DNA from: Candidatus Caldarchaeum sp.
GTDB taxonomy: Archaea > Thermoproteota > Nitrososphaeria_A > Caldarchaeales > Caldarchaeaceae
Length of the DNA: 64,000 bases
NCBI GenBank assembly: GCA_038844785.1
Contig: JAWBRA010000006.1
Location: forward strand, 8,244 to 72,243
Direction: 5' to 3'
Shown: positions 9,296 to 19,922 of the stretch, in pieces
How the letters are laid out: each line of letters opens with the position of its first letter
Numbering within the stretch: the stretch's first letter is position 1
Made by a program: the position numbers and the translations under genes
The notes under the pieces: model-generated
The model's input: the letters and a program-made list of their open reading frames with translations, nothing else
Told to the model about the DNA's origin: nothing
Databases searched by the model: none

Positions 9296-9690
9296 TTAGA
9301 TAGTTGATTTATCTCTCTTTCTTCTTGTTTTTTCCTTAATATTCTGTTGCAGTTGGGGCATTTATCTCTATTAGAGAAGGTTTGACAGCATCTTCTACAA
9401 TACCATTCTCCCTGTCATAATTTGGTTGACGGTCTGAAATGGGGGCTCCTTATGTCCTTCATAGCTGAAAAATGGTATTCCGTTTTTAACCCATAGGGCT
9501 ATTCTAACCTCTCTCGTCGTTAGCCTCTAAATGGAACAGCGGTTTATACATGTTCGGTGTTCTAAACCTCCATCACGCTGTAATGTCATATCTCCCTAAC
9601 AACACCTATGTAGTCTCCTTTATCGGGTATGTTTAAAGACCGCCAAACAGTTATAGGTAGTTTAAGCCTCATAGAACCTGTTACATACTA
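9296..9690 (-). pseudogene. Degraded AbrB/MraZ-like + Zn-ribbon gene, copy 2
   Basis: Reads YVTGSMRLKLPITVWRSLNIPDKGDYIGVVR ... RDKCPNCNRILRKKTRRK, with internal stops and deletions. Clear nucleotide similarity to 62496-62890. Confidence 0.65.
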
Positions 9691-9692
9691 TC

Positions 9693-10157
9693 CTAGCCGC
9701 ATGATACTCGGTTTTTGGAAAGAAAATATCTAATGTAGGCTGTCCATCCTGCTGACAGGGCTGCGGCTATGGCCCAGTACGTTGTTTTCACGTCCAGCGT
9801 CGTTCACCTCTGCGACGTACAAGTGGAATACCGTGCTGCTCATGTTTCGTTCTACGCCGTACTGGATGGCTTAGCGTAGCTGTTTCTCCAGTTACTCTTC
9901 TAGCTCTTGAGTAGTACTATGTCCTGTCGCAGGTCTTCCACGGAGTGGTATGGAATGTACTTGGGGGCGTGACGACGACGTAGGCGCCGGATTAGTTTTG
10001 AGTATACCGCGTAAACGTCGTATGTTGTAACTTTGTTGCTGCTTACGGCTGCCGGCATATAATCCATGCCAGTGATGGTCAAGGGTTCGGCGTAGATTAA
10101 ACCGAGGGCTCTGGCGACTTCATGCTTCATTATCGTGTTAAGGCGGGGTTTCCTCAA
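9693..10157 (-). pseudogene. Frameshifted zinc-metalloprotease-like (matrixin-type) segment with C-terminal TM anchor remnant
   Basis: KHEVARALGL is a degenerate HExxHALGL, continuing out of frame from the ORF ending at 10138. A downstream frame gives TYWAIAAALSAGWTAYIRYF. Confidence 0.4.
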
Positions 10158-11694
10158 CCTGTTTAGATACGTATGTTGTGTTGTACCGTGTGTATGCTAG
10201 ATACGGCTGTGGAAGGTCTGCCCATGACACGTGTACTGTGCAGGGATTTTCGTTTACCGCGAAGCTTACCTTCAGGTTCGGAAGCCAAAGGTATTTATGG
10301 AAAGTATCTTTAAGGCAGAAAGATATTTTGTCAGGCAACGGTGCGGCTGACATTGAGTAGACTACTTGAGGCGATGTAAGTAGGGCGAGACACGCTAGCA
10401 CAGTGTAGTAGAAGCTTAAGGAAACGGTGATGACGGCCAGCTTAGCCAGTTTTCCCGTCTCATACTCGAAGGTGATTAAAGCATGTACGGTTGGTATCCT
10501 GTCAACCTCCGATATCGCTGATATTGCGAACAGGAAGGGAATCACCAAGGTTCTGCTAGCGTCAAACTCGACTGGTTGCCAGTGAACTTCAATTTGTTGA
10601 AACTCCTTTCCATCCACTTTGATGAACTCTTTAGATAGGCCTCCGAACCATGGTGGGAACCCGTTCACTATGTTTTTGTCCCACCCTACCTCCATCACCA
10701 TGGTCACTTCCTTGCCGGAGAGCAGCATTCTCACAAGCCTGTCGTCATCCCTCCTCTCAGCCTTGTAAGGTACTGGTGGAAGGAGGAAGGGCACCTGAGT
10801 AATAGTCATCACCGTCGGTCCCTCCCAGACCATGAAGACTTTTTCGCCCGTGACCTGCACCGGCTCCGCTTTCAGGCTGACCGAAATCCTCTTAGGTTGT
10901 ATCTTAACGCCCTCGGGAACATTTACGATGAAGTAGCAGAGGGCTCCCGTCGGAGGCACGTCATAGCTTATGGTGAACTTTCGACTTGATGGGTCGAGCT
11001 CAAAAGTCCCACATTGTTGGACAAACATGTTATCATATAACTTTGCTTTCCACGCCGGTAGTTGTTCCATCCTGTTCGTTACGTTGTGGAACCAAGCAGG
11101 TAGCCTTAGGTTGCTTATGGAGCCAACATCATAAACAAACGCTATTGACGTTACTTCGTAGTATGGGGACACCCCTGGGTCGGGCATATATGAGACTATC
11201 AATATTCGGTCTGCTATCGTTATGGACTTTACAGTAGCAGAGCCGTGGTACGATAGGCCTGGGTCTGGTATTCGCTGTGAGAAGGCTGGTCTGATGTCCA
11301 GACCTCCGAGCGCCAAGTCGTTTCCCGCGATGAAATCGGTGAAGTTAGCCGGACCGTTTACGTCCCACGAAGTTCTGCCGTATAGTCTGGCGAACGTCGG
11401 AGAACCAAGCTTGGATATCCAGTAGCATGCGAAAGGCTCTTTCATAATTCCACGGGAGTAGACCACCCCTTCGCGATGGACTAATGTGGTGCCACAGTAT
11501 TTGTAGCCAAGCCTCTCCAAGTAAGGCTTCCATAACTCGACATCGTACGACCTTACCGAAAGTACATAGTCGCGATAGAATTTAGTTTGCTCGGTTGGTT
11601 GAGGGTAGACGCTCCACAAGTAGTAGATTAAAGCTATTGGAAGAATGGCCACAAGCAATGCCGCAACAACCTTCAAACCCGTTTTAACACTCAA
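10138..11694 (-). CDS. Hypothetical membrane-anchored/secreted protein (possibly C-terminally frameshifted)
   Basis: 518-aa ORF with an N-terminal TM/signal, a beta-rich body and an internal hydrophobic segment. Confidence 0.6.
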   Translation of the reverse strand: MSVKTGLKVVAALLVAILPIALIYYLWSVYPQPTEQTKFYRDYVLSVRSYDVELWKPYLERLGYKYCGTTLVHREGVVYSRGIMKEPFACYWISKLGSPTFARLYGRTSWDVNGPANFTDFIAGNDLALGGLDIRPAFSQRIPDPGLSYHGSATVKSITIADRILIVSYMPDPGVSPYYEVTSIAFVYDVGSISNLRLPAWFHNVTNRMEQLPAWKAKLYDNMFVQQCGTFELDPSSRKFTISYDVPPTGALCYFIVNVPEGVKIQPKRISVSLKAEPVQVTGEKVFMVWEGPTVMTITQVPFLLPPVPYKAERRDDDRLVRMLLSGKEVTMVMEVGWDKNIVNGFPPWFGGLSKEFIKVDGKEFQQIEVHWQPVEFDASRTLVIPFLFAISAISEVDRIPTVHALITFEYETGKLAKLAVITVSLSFYYTVLACLALLTSPQVVYSMSAAPLPDKISFCLKDTFHKYLWLPNLKVSFAVNENPCTVHVSWADLPQPYLAYTRYNTTYVSKQVEETPP

Positions 11695-11716
11695 TCTTAA
11701 TTCTACCCCCTATTCT

Positions 11717-11910
11717 TCATCTTATCTCGTTAGGATCAATACACTCATTATTTGAACATTGTATTTGATTTGCGCAGCCGGCAGGCACACAGTAACAATA
11801 ATCAGTCCACTCTGTGAGTGTGCTGCTGGTAAAAATTGTTGTGGTTCCCCAGCTGGTGCTGGTTTGAGTAATGGTGACAGTAGCTGTCATGGTGGTGGTT
11901 GTAAGAGGTT
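11717..11910 (-). pseudogene. C-terminal fragment of a Thr-rich, Cys-rich surface protein
   Basis: Reads LTTTTMTATVTITQTSTSWGTTTIFTSSTLTEWTDYCYCVPAGCANQIQCSNNECIDPNEIR*. The 5' end abuts the IS6 remnant. Confidence 0.45.
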
Positions 11911-11947
11911 CCGAGCAATGTTTTATAAGATTTTGCTCCGCCGGATG

Positions 11948-12400
11948 GGCTCTGTTAACTTAAGGCCTTTGGCCCAGGGCTGCGGTTGTTTAGTCATGTT
12001 TGTTAGGCGGAGGACGGCTTTGCCTCTGGCCCTGTTTGGGCTTTACCTCGTGGCCCTAGGTCTGAGCTTTAGATGCGCTTCTGGGGCTGTTGAGCCTTTC
12101 GTCGGCAGGGGTCATGTGGCCTAAGTGGGTTTAGAGGCTCCCGGGATTCAGGAGGCTGTTCAGGGTTAGGTGTAGGGTGTCCATGTTTCTCTTGGATGAG
12201 ACGGCTGATGGTTAAAGGGCTTCTGGCATGGGTGTGGGTTGCTTACGAGCCTTTCATCAAAAGAACCCTAGGGTTCTGGCTATGAATAGCATCTAGGCTG
12301 GGATGTTCCTTAGGACGCTTGTGGAGGCTTACGGCAAGCATCCAGTCTGGACAGATGGGGCCCCATGGTAGAGGCATGCGCTAGGCTTGGGCCGCCATCG
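11948..12400 (+). mobile_element. IS6-family insertion sequence remnant (degraded DDE transposase)
   Basis: GGCTCTGTT IR-like end at 11948. Fragments FVRRRT..LYLVALGLSFR..EPFVGRGHVA, FLLDET, WVWVAYEP and YGKHPVWTDGAPW, with stops and frameshifts. Confidence 0.75.
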
Positions 12401-12485
12401 TCTTCCTTGGAAGGGTTTTGATAGCAGCAGCTGAAACGTTGTTAAACGACGCTGTGGCCGATTCTGAAGAAGCAGCTGAAGCGCT

Positions 12486-12692
12486 TCATCTTCTCTTGCC
12501 TTTTCCGCTTTTCTTCATACGTGTTAGGGTGATGCGGTTTTTCGACGGTTCGACAATCATTTTTAGCTGGTCGCCTTCGCGGAAGATGAACTGGCTGTCC
12601 GAGCTGACTTTAGAAGGTATGTGGATGTAAAGGTATGTTTTACCGCTTAGGTGCTTCTTTTTCCGAAGGTAGACCGTGGCGACGAGCGGCAT
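12486..12692 (-). CDS. AbrB/SpoVT-like small DNA-binding protein
   Basis: GKTYLYIHIPSKVSSDSQFIFREGDQLKMIVE fits the swapped-hairpin pattern; TATA-like box upstream. Confidence 0.7.
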   Translation of the reverse strand: MPLVATVYLRKKKHLSGKTYLYIHIPSKVSSDSQFIFREGDQLKMIVEPSKNRITLTRMKKSGKGKRR

Positions 12693-12745
12693 TTGGTCCT
12701 AGTTTTCATCGGTGTGTTTGTATATAAAAGTTGTGGATAAAATTG

Positions 12746-13783
12746 TTATGAAAGAAGGCCTGCGGCTTTCCTAGCTATTGCTGCAGCCATCTCCGAGGTT
12801 TTGGCTGTGCCACCCATGTCTACTGTTACATACTTTTTTTCGGCGATAACCTCTTCCGTAGCCCGTTCAACTGCTTCGCCGTATTTTGTCAGCCCAACGT
12901 ATTTCAGCATCCAAGCACCCGCTAAAATTGTTGCTGTCGGGTTCACTCTATCCATGCCCTTATACTTTGGCACGCTTCCGTGGGCAGGCTCGAACATGGC
13001 GTAACGGTCTCCTATGTTTGCTGCGTAAACCATTCCTATGTTTCCCACGAGGCCTGAAGCAAGTTCAGACAGCACATCCATAAACAGGTTCGTGCTAAGG
13101 ATGACGTTTTGGTTGAACCTGTTAGGGTTTTTCACAAGCTGCTGTGACATGTTATCTATGTAGTACTCCTCGTACTGAATGTTCGGAAATTCTTTCGCAA
13201 CTTTCTCGACAGCCTCCCAGAAGACCCCGTCGGTAACCCGTAGAATGTTGCGTTTAGTTACAACTATTACCTTGCTCCACCCTCTCTCCGCGGCCAGCCT
13301 GAACGCCCAGCGTGCAATCCTCTCGCTGTTTCTGCCGGTTATTTTCCTAACCGCTATGGAAACATCATCCGTAAGCCTGTACTCTATGCCGGCATACAGG
13401 CCTTCGGTAGCTTCTCTCACGCATACGAAGTCAAACGGCCCGAAAATCTGGGAGAGCGGGCTTTCAGCACCTTTGAAAGTTTTTACCGGTCGAACGTTGG
13501 CGTAAAGGTCCATGCCCTGTCTGATGGACACTGCCACACTCCTCGGCGCTTTAGGGTCTGGCGGTGTTGTGGTGGGTGCCTTGAAGCAAGCGTCGCTGGA
13601 TTTGAGAGCCTCCCATGTCTCCTCAGGTATCATAGAGTTTCCTCCATGTTTCATCCACCATTCAGACCCCGCCTCACATTCAATCAGCTCGAGAGGCGGG
13701 TTAATAGCTTCTAAAACAGTCTTCAACGCTGCTGCGAGCTCTGGCCCCGTACCATCACCTTTGATAAGCACCACCTTAGGCAT
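12746..13783 (-). CDS. icd: Isocitrate/isopropylmalate dehydrogenase family protein, probably isocitrate dehydrogenase
   Basis: GDGTGPE, RSVAVSIRQ..DLYANVRP, REATEGLY, NLFMDVLSE and FEPAHGSVPKY motifs. Confidence 0.8.
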   Translation of the reverse strand: MPKVVLIKGDGTGPELAAALKTVLEAINPPLELIECEAGSEWWMKHGGNSMIPEETWEALKSSDACFKAPTTTPPDPKAPRSVAVSIRQGMDLYANVRPVKTFKGAESPLSQIFGPFDFVCVREATEGLYAGIEYRLTDDVSIAVRKITGRNSERIARWAFRLAAERGWSKVIVVTKRNILRVTDGVFWEAVEKVAKEFPNIQYEEYYIDNMSQQLVKNPNRFNQNVILSTNLFMDVLSELASGLVGNIGMVYAANIGDRYAMFEPAHGSVPKYKGMDRVNPTATILAGAWMLKYVGLTKYGEAVERATEEVIAEKKYVTVDMGGTAKTSEMAAAIARKAAGLLS

Positions 13784-13865
13784 GCTAATCCACCATAACA
13801 AGTCGTTTTTCTCACCTAATAAATGATTCAAGAAATTGGCTGGCAGTCAAAAAGACGTTTGGCCG

Positions 13866-16211
13866 CTAGCGTTCGTTGCTGTTATTGTTCTGGCTCAACA
13901 AGGATAGTATTGTTTCGGGTTTCAGCGGAAGGGTTTTGACACGTTTGCCGATCGCTCGGGAGACAGCGTTTGCAACGGCGGAGGCAACAGGGTTTGTCGC
14001 AAGCTCACCGATGCTTTTCGCCCCAAACGGGCCGTATGGGTCGAAAGAGTCGGTGAAATAGATTTTCACTTCACCCATCTCAACAGCCGACGGCAGATGA
14101 TAGTCCATGAAGGATGGGTTGAGGTATTTTCCGTCGCCAACGACCACTTCTTCAAGAAGAGCGTAGCCCAGGCCTGTTGCTATCCCGCCGTGCGCCTGCC
14201 CCTCAGCCTCTGCAGGGTTTACGACCGTGCCAACGTCATAGCCTCCAGCTAGTCTTTCAACCTTCACCAACCCTGTCTCAGTGTCCACGGAGACTTCAGC
14301 GAAGATGACGGCCCAGCTGGGTGGTGCTGCGTTTGGCCTTAAGCCGCTGACCGCAATCGGCAGAAAACCCCTGCGCGTCTTAAACCTCATCGCAACATCC
14401 GACAGCTTAACATATCTTTCAACCGCTTCTTTATGCACAACACGGCCTTGCTTTATCTCCAGGTCGTGTGGGGAGCATTCAAGCATTTCAGCAGCCTGCT
14501 GGAGGATTTGCTGTTTGAGCGTCTCGGCGGCCGCTAAAACCCCTAAACCTCCTACGTAGGTTCCACGGCTTGCATGCGTGCCCATGTCGAAGGGAGTGTT
14601 CTGGGTGTTTCCTGCTTCCACGTAGATGTCTTCAACAGCCACGCCCAAGGCCTCGGCGCAGATAGCTGCGAGGGTTTCATGTTCTCCAGGCCCCATCTCA
14701 ACCATGGCCGTCGTAAGGCTGATCGTTCCATCTTCGTTCAGCTTCAGCACAGCGCCCGCCCCCTCCTGCCTGTCCTGCATCTCAGCCATCTGGCCACCTG
14801 TGCCGGAAGTATGGTGTCCAACAGCCACGCCAACACCCCTCACAACATGGTTGCCGACGATTCTCCGCATGCTCCATCCAAGCTCATGGGAAAGCTTTCT
14901 CGCAACTTTCTCCAAGTTCATCGACTTGATTACGGTTGTGACCGTAGGTCCCTGCCCATAGTAAACATCCCCTTCTTTTGGAAGGTTTTTCAACCTGAAC
15001 TCAAGCGGGTCCATGCCCAGGTCTTCAGCTACCTCGTCGACCAATGATTCTAGGGCGAAGTTTTGCTGGGGGTTTCCGAATCCTCTCATCGCCCCGCAGA
15101 CTGGAAGGTTTGTGTAAACACCTTTCCCTTCGTAGTAACGGTATGCCGCGGCATAGCTTGAGATAAACCAGCCGCCGACGCATGTCACAGCCTCCACCAT
15201 ATGGTCTGCGTAAGCCCCGCTCTGGAGCAAAGCCTTCATTTCCATAACCTCAATCTTCCCTTCGCTGCTGACGCCTATCTTGACATCCATAGCAGCAGCT
15301 CTGCGGGCGGTTGTGTAGAAATCCTCCTGCCGTGAAGATACATACTTCACCGTCCTGCCTGTCCTTAAGGCTAGGTAGGCTATGACAGGCTCGTGTATCG
15401 CCAGGTTGTATTTTGCTCCAAACCCTCCTCCCAACGGCAGCGCATGAACTATGACACGGTTCATGGGAATCTGCAGGGCTTGCGAAAGCCAGTATCGAGT
15501 TCCATGGATTGACTGGGTTGTGCAGTAGACGTCTAGAGAGCCGTCAGGCCTTGGCGAGCAGATAACAGCCCGAGGCTCTATTGCAGCGTTGTACATTATC
15601 TGTGTCCTGAAACTGTCCTCATAGATTTTCGCGGTCCTTGAGTATGCATCGCTTCTGCTGCCTATCTCAACGACGTCGCTGAACCCTATGTTTGAGACCA
15701 TCTTCTTCACAGACCCGCCCAGCTCAACCTCCTCATGGACAAGCGGTGCGTCAGGCTTCAGAGCCTCTTCGACTGAGGCTACGTAGTCAAGAGCCTCGTA
15801 GTCGGCTTCTATCAAGTCGAGGGCGTCCAAGGCTTTTTCAGACGAGTCAGCCGCCACAGCTGCGACTATGTCGCCTGCAAACCTCTGTCTTACGTCAAGG
15901 ATTTTACGGTCTTTGATGACTTTCCAAGGAACTGGGGAGAAGGTTCTTCCAAACCTGTGCTGGGGGACGTTGAAAGGCGTTAACACAGCAGCTACTCCGT
16001 TAAGCGCCTCAGCTCTCTTGACATCAATGTTTTTAACTATGCAGCTTGGGTAGGGTGAGTGGAGAAGAGCTGCGTAAAGTGTTTTTGCTGGTTGTATGTC
16101 TGCAGTGTACTTTATACGTCCTGTAACTCTCTGTATTATGTCCCTGCGTAGTCTCCGTTTTCCAATGTATGTGAAAACATTGCCCTGCAATATCTTATCC
16201 ACCTTTCTCAA
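13866..16211 (-). CDS. Xanthine dehydrogenase-family molybdopterin-binding subunit
   Basis: LGGGFGAK, GAMRGFGNPQ, GTHASRG and GPFGAKSIGE motifs. Confidence 0.92.
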   Translation of the reverse strand: MRKVDKILQGNVFTYIGKRRLRRDIIQRVTGRIKYTADIQPAKTLYAALLHSPYPSCIVKNIDVKRAEALNGVAAVLTPFNVPQHRFGRTFSPVPWKVIKDRKILDVRQRFAGDIVAAVAADSSEKALDALDLIEADYEALDYVASVEEALKPDAPLVHEEVELGGSVKKMVSNIGFSDVVEIGSRSDAYSRTAKIYEDSFRTQIMYNAAIEPRAVICSPRPDGSLDVYCTTQSIHGTRYWLSQALQIPMNRVIVHALPLGGGFGAKYNLAIHEPVIAYLALRTGRTVKYVSSRQEDFYTTARRAAAMDVKIGVSSEGKIEVMEMKALLQSGAYADHMVEAVTCVGGWFISSYAAAYRYYEGKGVYTNLPVCGAMRGFGNPQQNFALESLVDEVAEDLGMDPLEFRLKNLPKEGDVYYGQGPTVTTVIKSMNLEKVARKLSHELGWSMRRIVGNHVVRGVGVAVGHHTSGTGGQMAEMQDRQEGAGAVLKLNEDGTISLTTAMVEMGPGEHETLAAICAEALGVAVEDIYVEAGNTQNTPFDMGTHASRGTYVGGLGVLAAAETLKQQILQQAAEMLECSPHDLEIKQGRVVHKEAVERYVKLSDVAMRFKTRRGFLPIAVSGLRPNAAPPSWAVIFAEVSVDTETGLVKVERLAGGYDVGTVVNPAEAEGQAHGGIATGLGYALLEEVVVGDGKYLNPSFMDYHLPSAVEMGEVKIYFTDSFDPYGPFGAKSIGELATNPVASAVANAVSRAIGKRVKTLPLKPETILSLLSQNNNSNER

Positions 16212-18495
16212 TCAAGCTTTTAATCTGCTCTGGTTTTATGGGTATATTGTTAACCTCTATGCCCAACGCATCTCTGACGGCGTTAGCGACGGCGGCCGGA
16301 ATAGGTATCAACGCAAGCTCAGCCAACCCTTTCGCCCCAAACGGGCCGTAGGCAGTTTTATCCTCGAAGTAGACGGGGTCCTGTATCTCTGGGATTTCTA
16401 GGGCTGAGGGGATAAGGTAGTCCATGAAGTTTGCTGTTAGAATTCTCCCCTCCTCAAACTCTAGTCTTTCCAGCAAGGAATAGCCCAGACCTTGGGCTAT
16501 CGCTCCATGTATCTGTCCCAACGAGATGGCTGGGTTTATTATCCGTCCGCAAGCCGCTCCAGGCCATACCTGTGTCACCTCAACTCTTCCTGTCTCCACG
16601 TCAACCCTCACCTCAGCCATCACAGCTGAGTAGGAGTAGATAGTGTATGCATGGCCTTGACCGCTTGACTCGTCGAATTTACCTTTCGGCAGGAAGAAGT
16701 ATCCGCTGGCGGTGAGGTCAACACCCTTTGAATAGCATGCGTTGACGACTTCTCTCCATTCAAGATAACGGTTCGTAGCACCTCTGACGGAAATCCTGCC
16801 CTCGTCTATCTGGATGTCATCTGGGTTGGCTTCAAGAAGCTCTGCGGCAACCCTTACGATTCTTTTTCTCACTTTTCCCGCTGCGATTAATGCGGCTGAC
16901 CCGCCGAGCGTAAGCCCACGCGAGCCATGTGTAGCCCCGGTGTCGGGTGCGAGGCTTGTCCCTCCTTCAACCTTCACCCACTCGTAGGGGACGCCTAAAA
17001 CCTCCGCTACGACCTGCCTTATCGCCGTATGCGTTCCCTGGCCAAACTCCACGATTCCTGTTTGGATTGTTATGCTTCCGTCTCTGTAAACCGTCAGTGT
17101 TGCCGACCCCCAGTCTGGCACGCCTCTGCTAGTGCTTATGCCGTGCCATGAACACGCGACGCCATATCCGTAGACATAGTTTCCTTCACGCAGACGTTTA
17201 CGGGCTTTTAACACGTCTAACTTCTTCATCCGCTCGAGCAGAGACGCTATGCCGGTGTCTTCTGGCATAGGCTGGGATGTGGCTGAAAGGTCTCCGGGGC
17301 GTAGCAGGTTTTTCAGCCTGAACTCAACTGGGTCCATCCCCAGCTTTCGCGCCAGCTCATCCATCTGCCTCTCTGCAGCAAACTGTGACTGCGGGTTCCC
17401 GAAACCTCTGAAACTTCCCTGATAAACCTTGTTCGTATATACAAGCTTGCCAACTACGTTGACGTGGGGAACTCTGTATGGACCTGAAGCATGTACGACA
17501 GCTCTCCATAGAGTATATGGCCCTCGGTTGGCGTATGCTCCGCTGTCGAAAAAAATCTCAGCATCCACAAACTTTAGAACACCGTCTTTTGAAGCCCCGC
17601 TCCTATACCTTATTATGGCGGGGTCTCTTTTGCAGTGGCTGGTAAAGCTCTCCTCCCGACTGTAATGTAGGAAAACTGGTTTTTTCATACACCATGCGGC
17701 CAGAGCAGCCTGAGCTGAGACGATGGGGCCCATGTCGTCTTTCCCGCCGAAAGCGCCGCCGACGGCTGGCTGTATTATCGTCACCCTACTGTACGGCAGG
17801 CCGAGGACCCGTGCGACAGTCTTCTGGGCAAGATGAGGGTATTGGGCTTGGCTTATGACAGTTATTCCATCGTATGTGGGTGTAGCGAGAGCCGCCTCAG
17901 TCTCAATGTATGCGTGATCTTGAGGAGATAGAGTATACGTGTTTTCAACAACGGCATCAGACTCGGCCTCCCCTTTCTCTACGCTACCCTTCTTAACCTG
18001 AGCGGTGATAGCCACGTTTGAGCCTTTCTCCTCATGTACCAAAACCTTATTTTCTAAAGCTTCAAAAACGTCGTAAACAGCTGGAAGAGGGGAGATGTCC
18101 AGCTCAACCTTCTCCAGAAGGTCTTCAACGGTGTATTGGTCGCTGGCTACAGCTAAGGCTACTGGCTCACCGTAGAACCTGACCCTGCCTTCGGCGAGCA
18201 CAGGCTGGTCTGCGATAGCGTATCCTACCTGATTCTCTCCAGGCACATCTCTCGCGGTTATCAGATAGCCGTTTCCGTCGTTAAGTTTAACAGAGCTGAT
18301 AATGCCGTGCGGTGTCGTGCTTCGCACAATCCTCGCAAAAAGACAATGGCTGTCCACGTAATCCTCTACATACCGCAGCAATCCTTTAACTCCTGCAATA
18401 GACTCGTACCGTACGACGTTCTTTTTGACAACGATAAACCTATCATGTGAAAGCCATTCATTCAGTATAGCCAGAGAGTCTTCCTCCGATTTCAT
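16195..18495 (-). CDS. Xanthine dehydrogenase-family molybdopterin-binding subunit
   Basis: QDHAYIETE, VGGAFGGK, GSFRGFGNPQ, ATHGSR and GPFGAKGLAE motifs. Confidence 0.92.
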   Translation of the reverse strand: MKSEEDSLAILNEWLSHDRFIVVKKNVVRYESIAGVKGLLRYVEDYVDSHCLFARIVRSTTPHGIISSVKLNDGNGYLITARDVPGENQVGYAIADQPVLAEGRVRFYGEPVALAVASDQYTVEDLLEKVELDISPLPAVYDVFEALENKVLVHEEKGSNVAITAQVKKGSVEKGEAESDAVVENTYTLSPQDHAYIETEAALATPTYDGITVISQAQYPHLAQKTVARVLGLPYSRVTIIQPAVGGAFGGKDDMGPIVSAQAALAAWCMKKPVFLHYSREESFTSHCKRDPAIIRYRSGASKDGVLKFVDAEIFFDSGAYANRGPYTLWRAVVHASGPYRVPHVNVVGKLVYTNKVYQGSFRGFGNPQSQFAAERQMDELARKLGMDPVEFRLKNLLRPGDLSATSQPMPEDTGIASLLERMKKLDVLKARKRLREGNYVYGYGVACSWHGISTSRGVPDWGSATLTVYRDGSITIQTGIVEFGQGTHTAIRQVVAEVLGVPYEWVKVEGGTSLAPDTGATHGSRGLTLGGSAALIAAGKVRKRIVRVAAELLEANPDDIQIDEGRISVRGATNRYLEWREVVNACYSKGVDLTASGYFFLPKGKFDESSGQGHAYTIYSYSAVMAEVRVDVETGRVEVTQVWPGAACGRIINPAISLGQIHGAIAQGLGYSLLERLEFEEGRILTANFMDYLIPSALEIPEIQDPVYFEDKTAYGPFGAKGLAELALIPIPAAVANAVRDALGIEVNNIPIKPEQIKSLIEKGG

Positions 18496-18520
18496 CGCGG
18501 GCTAATCATGCAGAGTTAAT

Positions 18521-18540
18521 TTAAACTTGAACAAGTTTAA
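18521..18540. promoter_or_regulatory. Perfect 9-2-9 inverted repeat, candidate operator in a divergent promoter
   Basis: TTAAACTTG-AA-CAAGTTTAA lies between the divergent starts at 18495 and 18566. Confidence 0.6.
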
Positions 18541-18565
18541 GACCGTCTTTAATCAATGAAATAAT

Positions 18566-19885
18566 ATGTCCAGCGTGCTGATAAGAAAATGCCGTGTTGT
18601 AACGCCTTATGGAGTTTTCAAAACAGATATCTACGTGTCTGACGGGAAAATTGACGCGTTAGGTGACGGTCTGAAGGAGCGGGGTGCCGATGTAATAGAC
18701 GCTGAAGGAATGTACGTTTTTCCAGGGTTCGTGGACGAGCATGTCCATTTCAGGGAGCCGGGCATGGAGTTTAAAGAGGATTTTGAAACAGGTACGCTGG
18801 CGGCGGCTGCAGGCGGTGTGACAACCGTGTTAGAGATGCCTAACACTGTTCCTCCGGTAGCTGACGTAAAAGAGCTGAGGCGGAAGGCTTCGCTGTTGAA
18901 AGACAAAGCTTACGTGGACTTCGGGCTATACGGCGTTCTCACAGACGATTCCTTGGACAACATTGAGGAGATGCTGGAGGCCGGTGCAATCGGTTTCAAA
19001 GCTTTCCTCGGACCCACCACGGGGGATATACCTACGCCCAGTGACGGCACAGTCCTCGAAGCATTAGAAAAATCGAGGGAGAAAGGGTTCACGATAGCCT
19101 TCCACTGCGAAAACCGCCAGTTGGTCCACTATTTTGAACAGAAGGCACGGAAACAAAAGCTTTCCCCGCTCACCCATCTTGAGTCACGGCCAGCCGTATG
19201 CGAAGTTGACTCCGTTAGAAAAATCACGTACTATGCTGAGAAAACCGGTGGAAAAGCTTTGCTGCTACACCTCAGCAGCGGCGAGACAGTTGACTACCTC
19301 AGTTCAAGCCATCTCGAAAACGTTATAGCTGAGACATGTCCTCACTACCTTTTCTTCGACAGCCGCGACTATGAGAAGCTTGGGCCGTTGATAAAGGTCA
19401 ACCCTCCGATAAGGACGGATGCCGACAGGAAGAAACTATGGAATGCGTTGCGGCAAGGCATCGTAAGCAACATAGGCTCAGACCATGCACCTCATACGTT
19501 GCAGGAGAAGGAGAGAGGAATGCTGGAGGCGTCCTCGGGAATGGTAGGCGTGGAGACGGTGGGGCCGCTGATGGTTAACGCAGCGTTGAACGGATACGTT
19601 TCACTCGAGAGAGCTTGCGAGGCACTGTCGGCAAACCCAGCTAAAACCTTCGGCATCTACCCAAGAAAAGGGGCTATAATGCCTGGGTCAGACGCAGACC
19701 TTGTAATAATCGACCCACGGGAAAAATCGAGAATAGCTGCTTCGAAGCTGCACAGCAAGCAGAAGTTCACACCCTTCGACGGATACGAGCTGTCCATGAA
19801 AATAAGATACACTATACTGCGGGGCGAGGTCATCGCAGCCGACGGTGAGCCAACTGGGAAGAAAACCGGTAAGCAGATCCCGTAA
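18566..19885 (+). CDS. Cyclic amidohydrolase (dihydroorotase/allantoinase family)
   Basis: PGFVDEHVHFREPG, GGVTTVLEMPNTVP, ETCPHYL, KVNPPIR and SDHAPH motifs. Confidence 0.9.
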   Translation: MSSVLIRKCRVVTPYGVFKTDIYVSDGKIDALGDGLKERGADVIDAEGMYVFPGFVDEHVHFREPGMEFKEDFETGTLAAAAGGVTTVLEMPNTVPPVADVKELRRKASLLKDKAYVDFGLYGVLTDDSLDNIEEMLEAGAIGFKAFLGPTTGDIPTPSDGTVLEALEKSREKGFTIAFHCENRQLVHYFEQKARKQKLSPLTHLESRPAVCEVDSVRKITYYAEKTGGKALLLHLSSGETVDYLSSSHLENVIAETCPHYLFFDSRDYEKLGPLIKVNPPIRTDADRKKLWNALRQGIVSNIGSDHAPHTLQEKERGMLEASSGMVGVETVGPLMVNAALNGYVSLERACEALSANPAKTFGIYPRKGAIMPGSDADLVIIDPREKSRIAASKLHSKQKFTPFDGYELSMKIRYTILRGEVIAADGEPTGKKTGKQIP

Positions 19886-19922
19886 CAGAGTTGTTAAATA
19901 CAGGCTTACAAGCAAACACCAC

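Noticed and set aside
13866-18495. Aerobic CO dehydrogenase (coxL)
   Set aside because: Neither subunit has the AYxCSFR (form I) or AYRGAGR (form II) loop; they read GSFRGFG and GAMRGFG.
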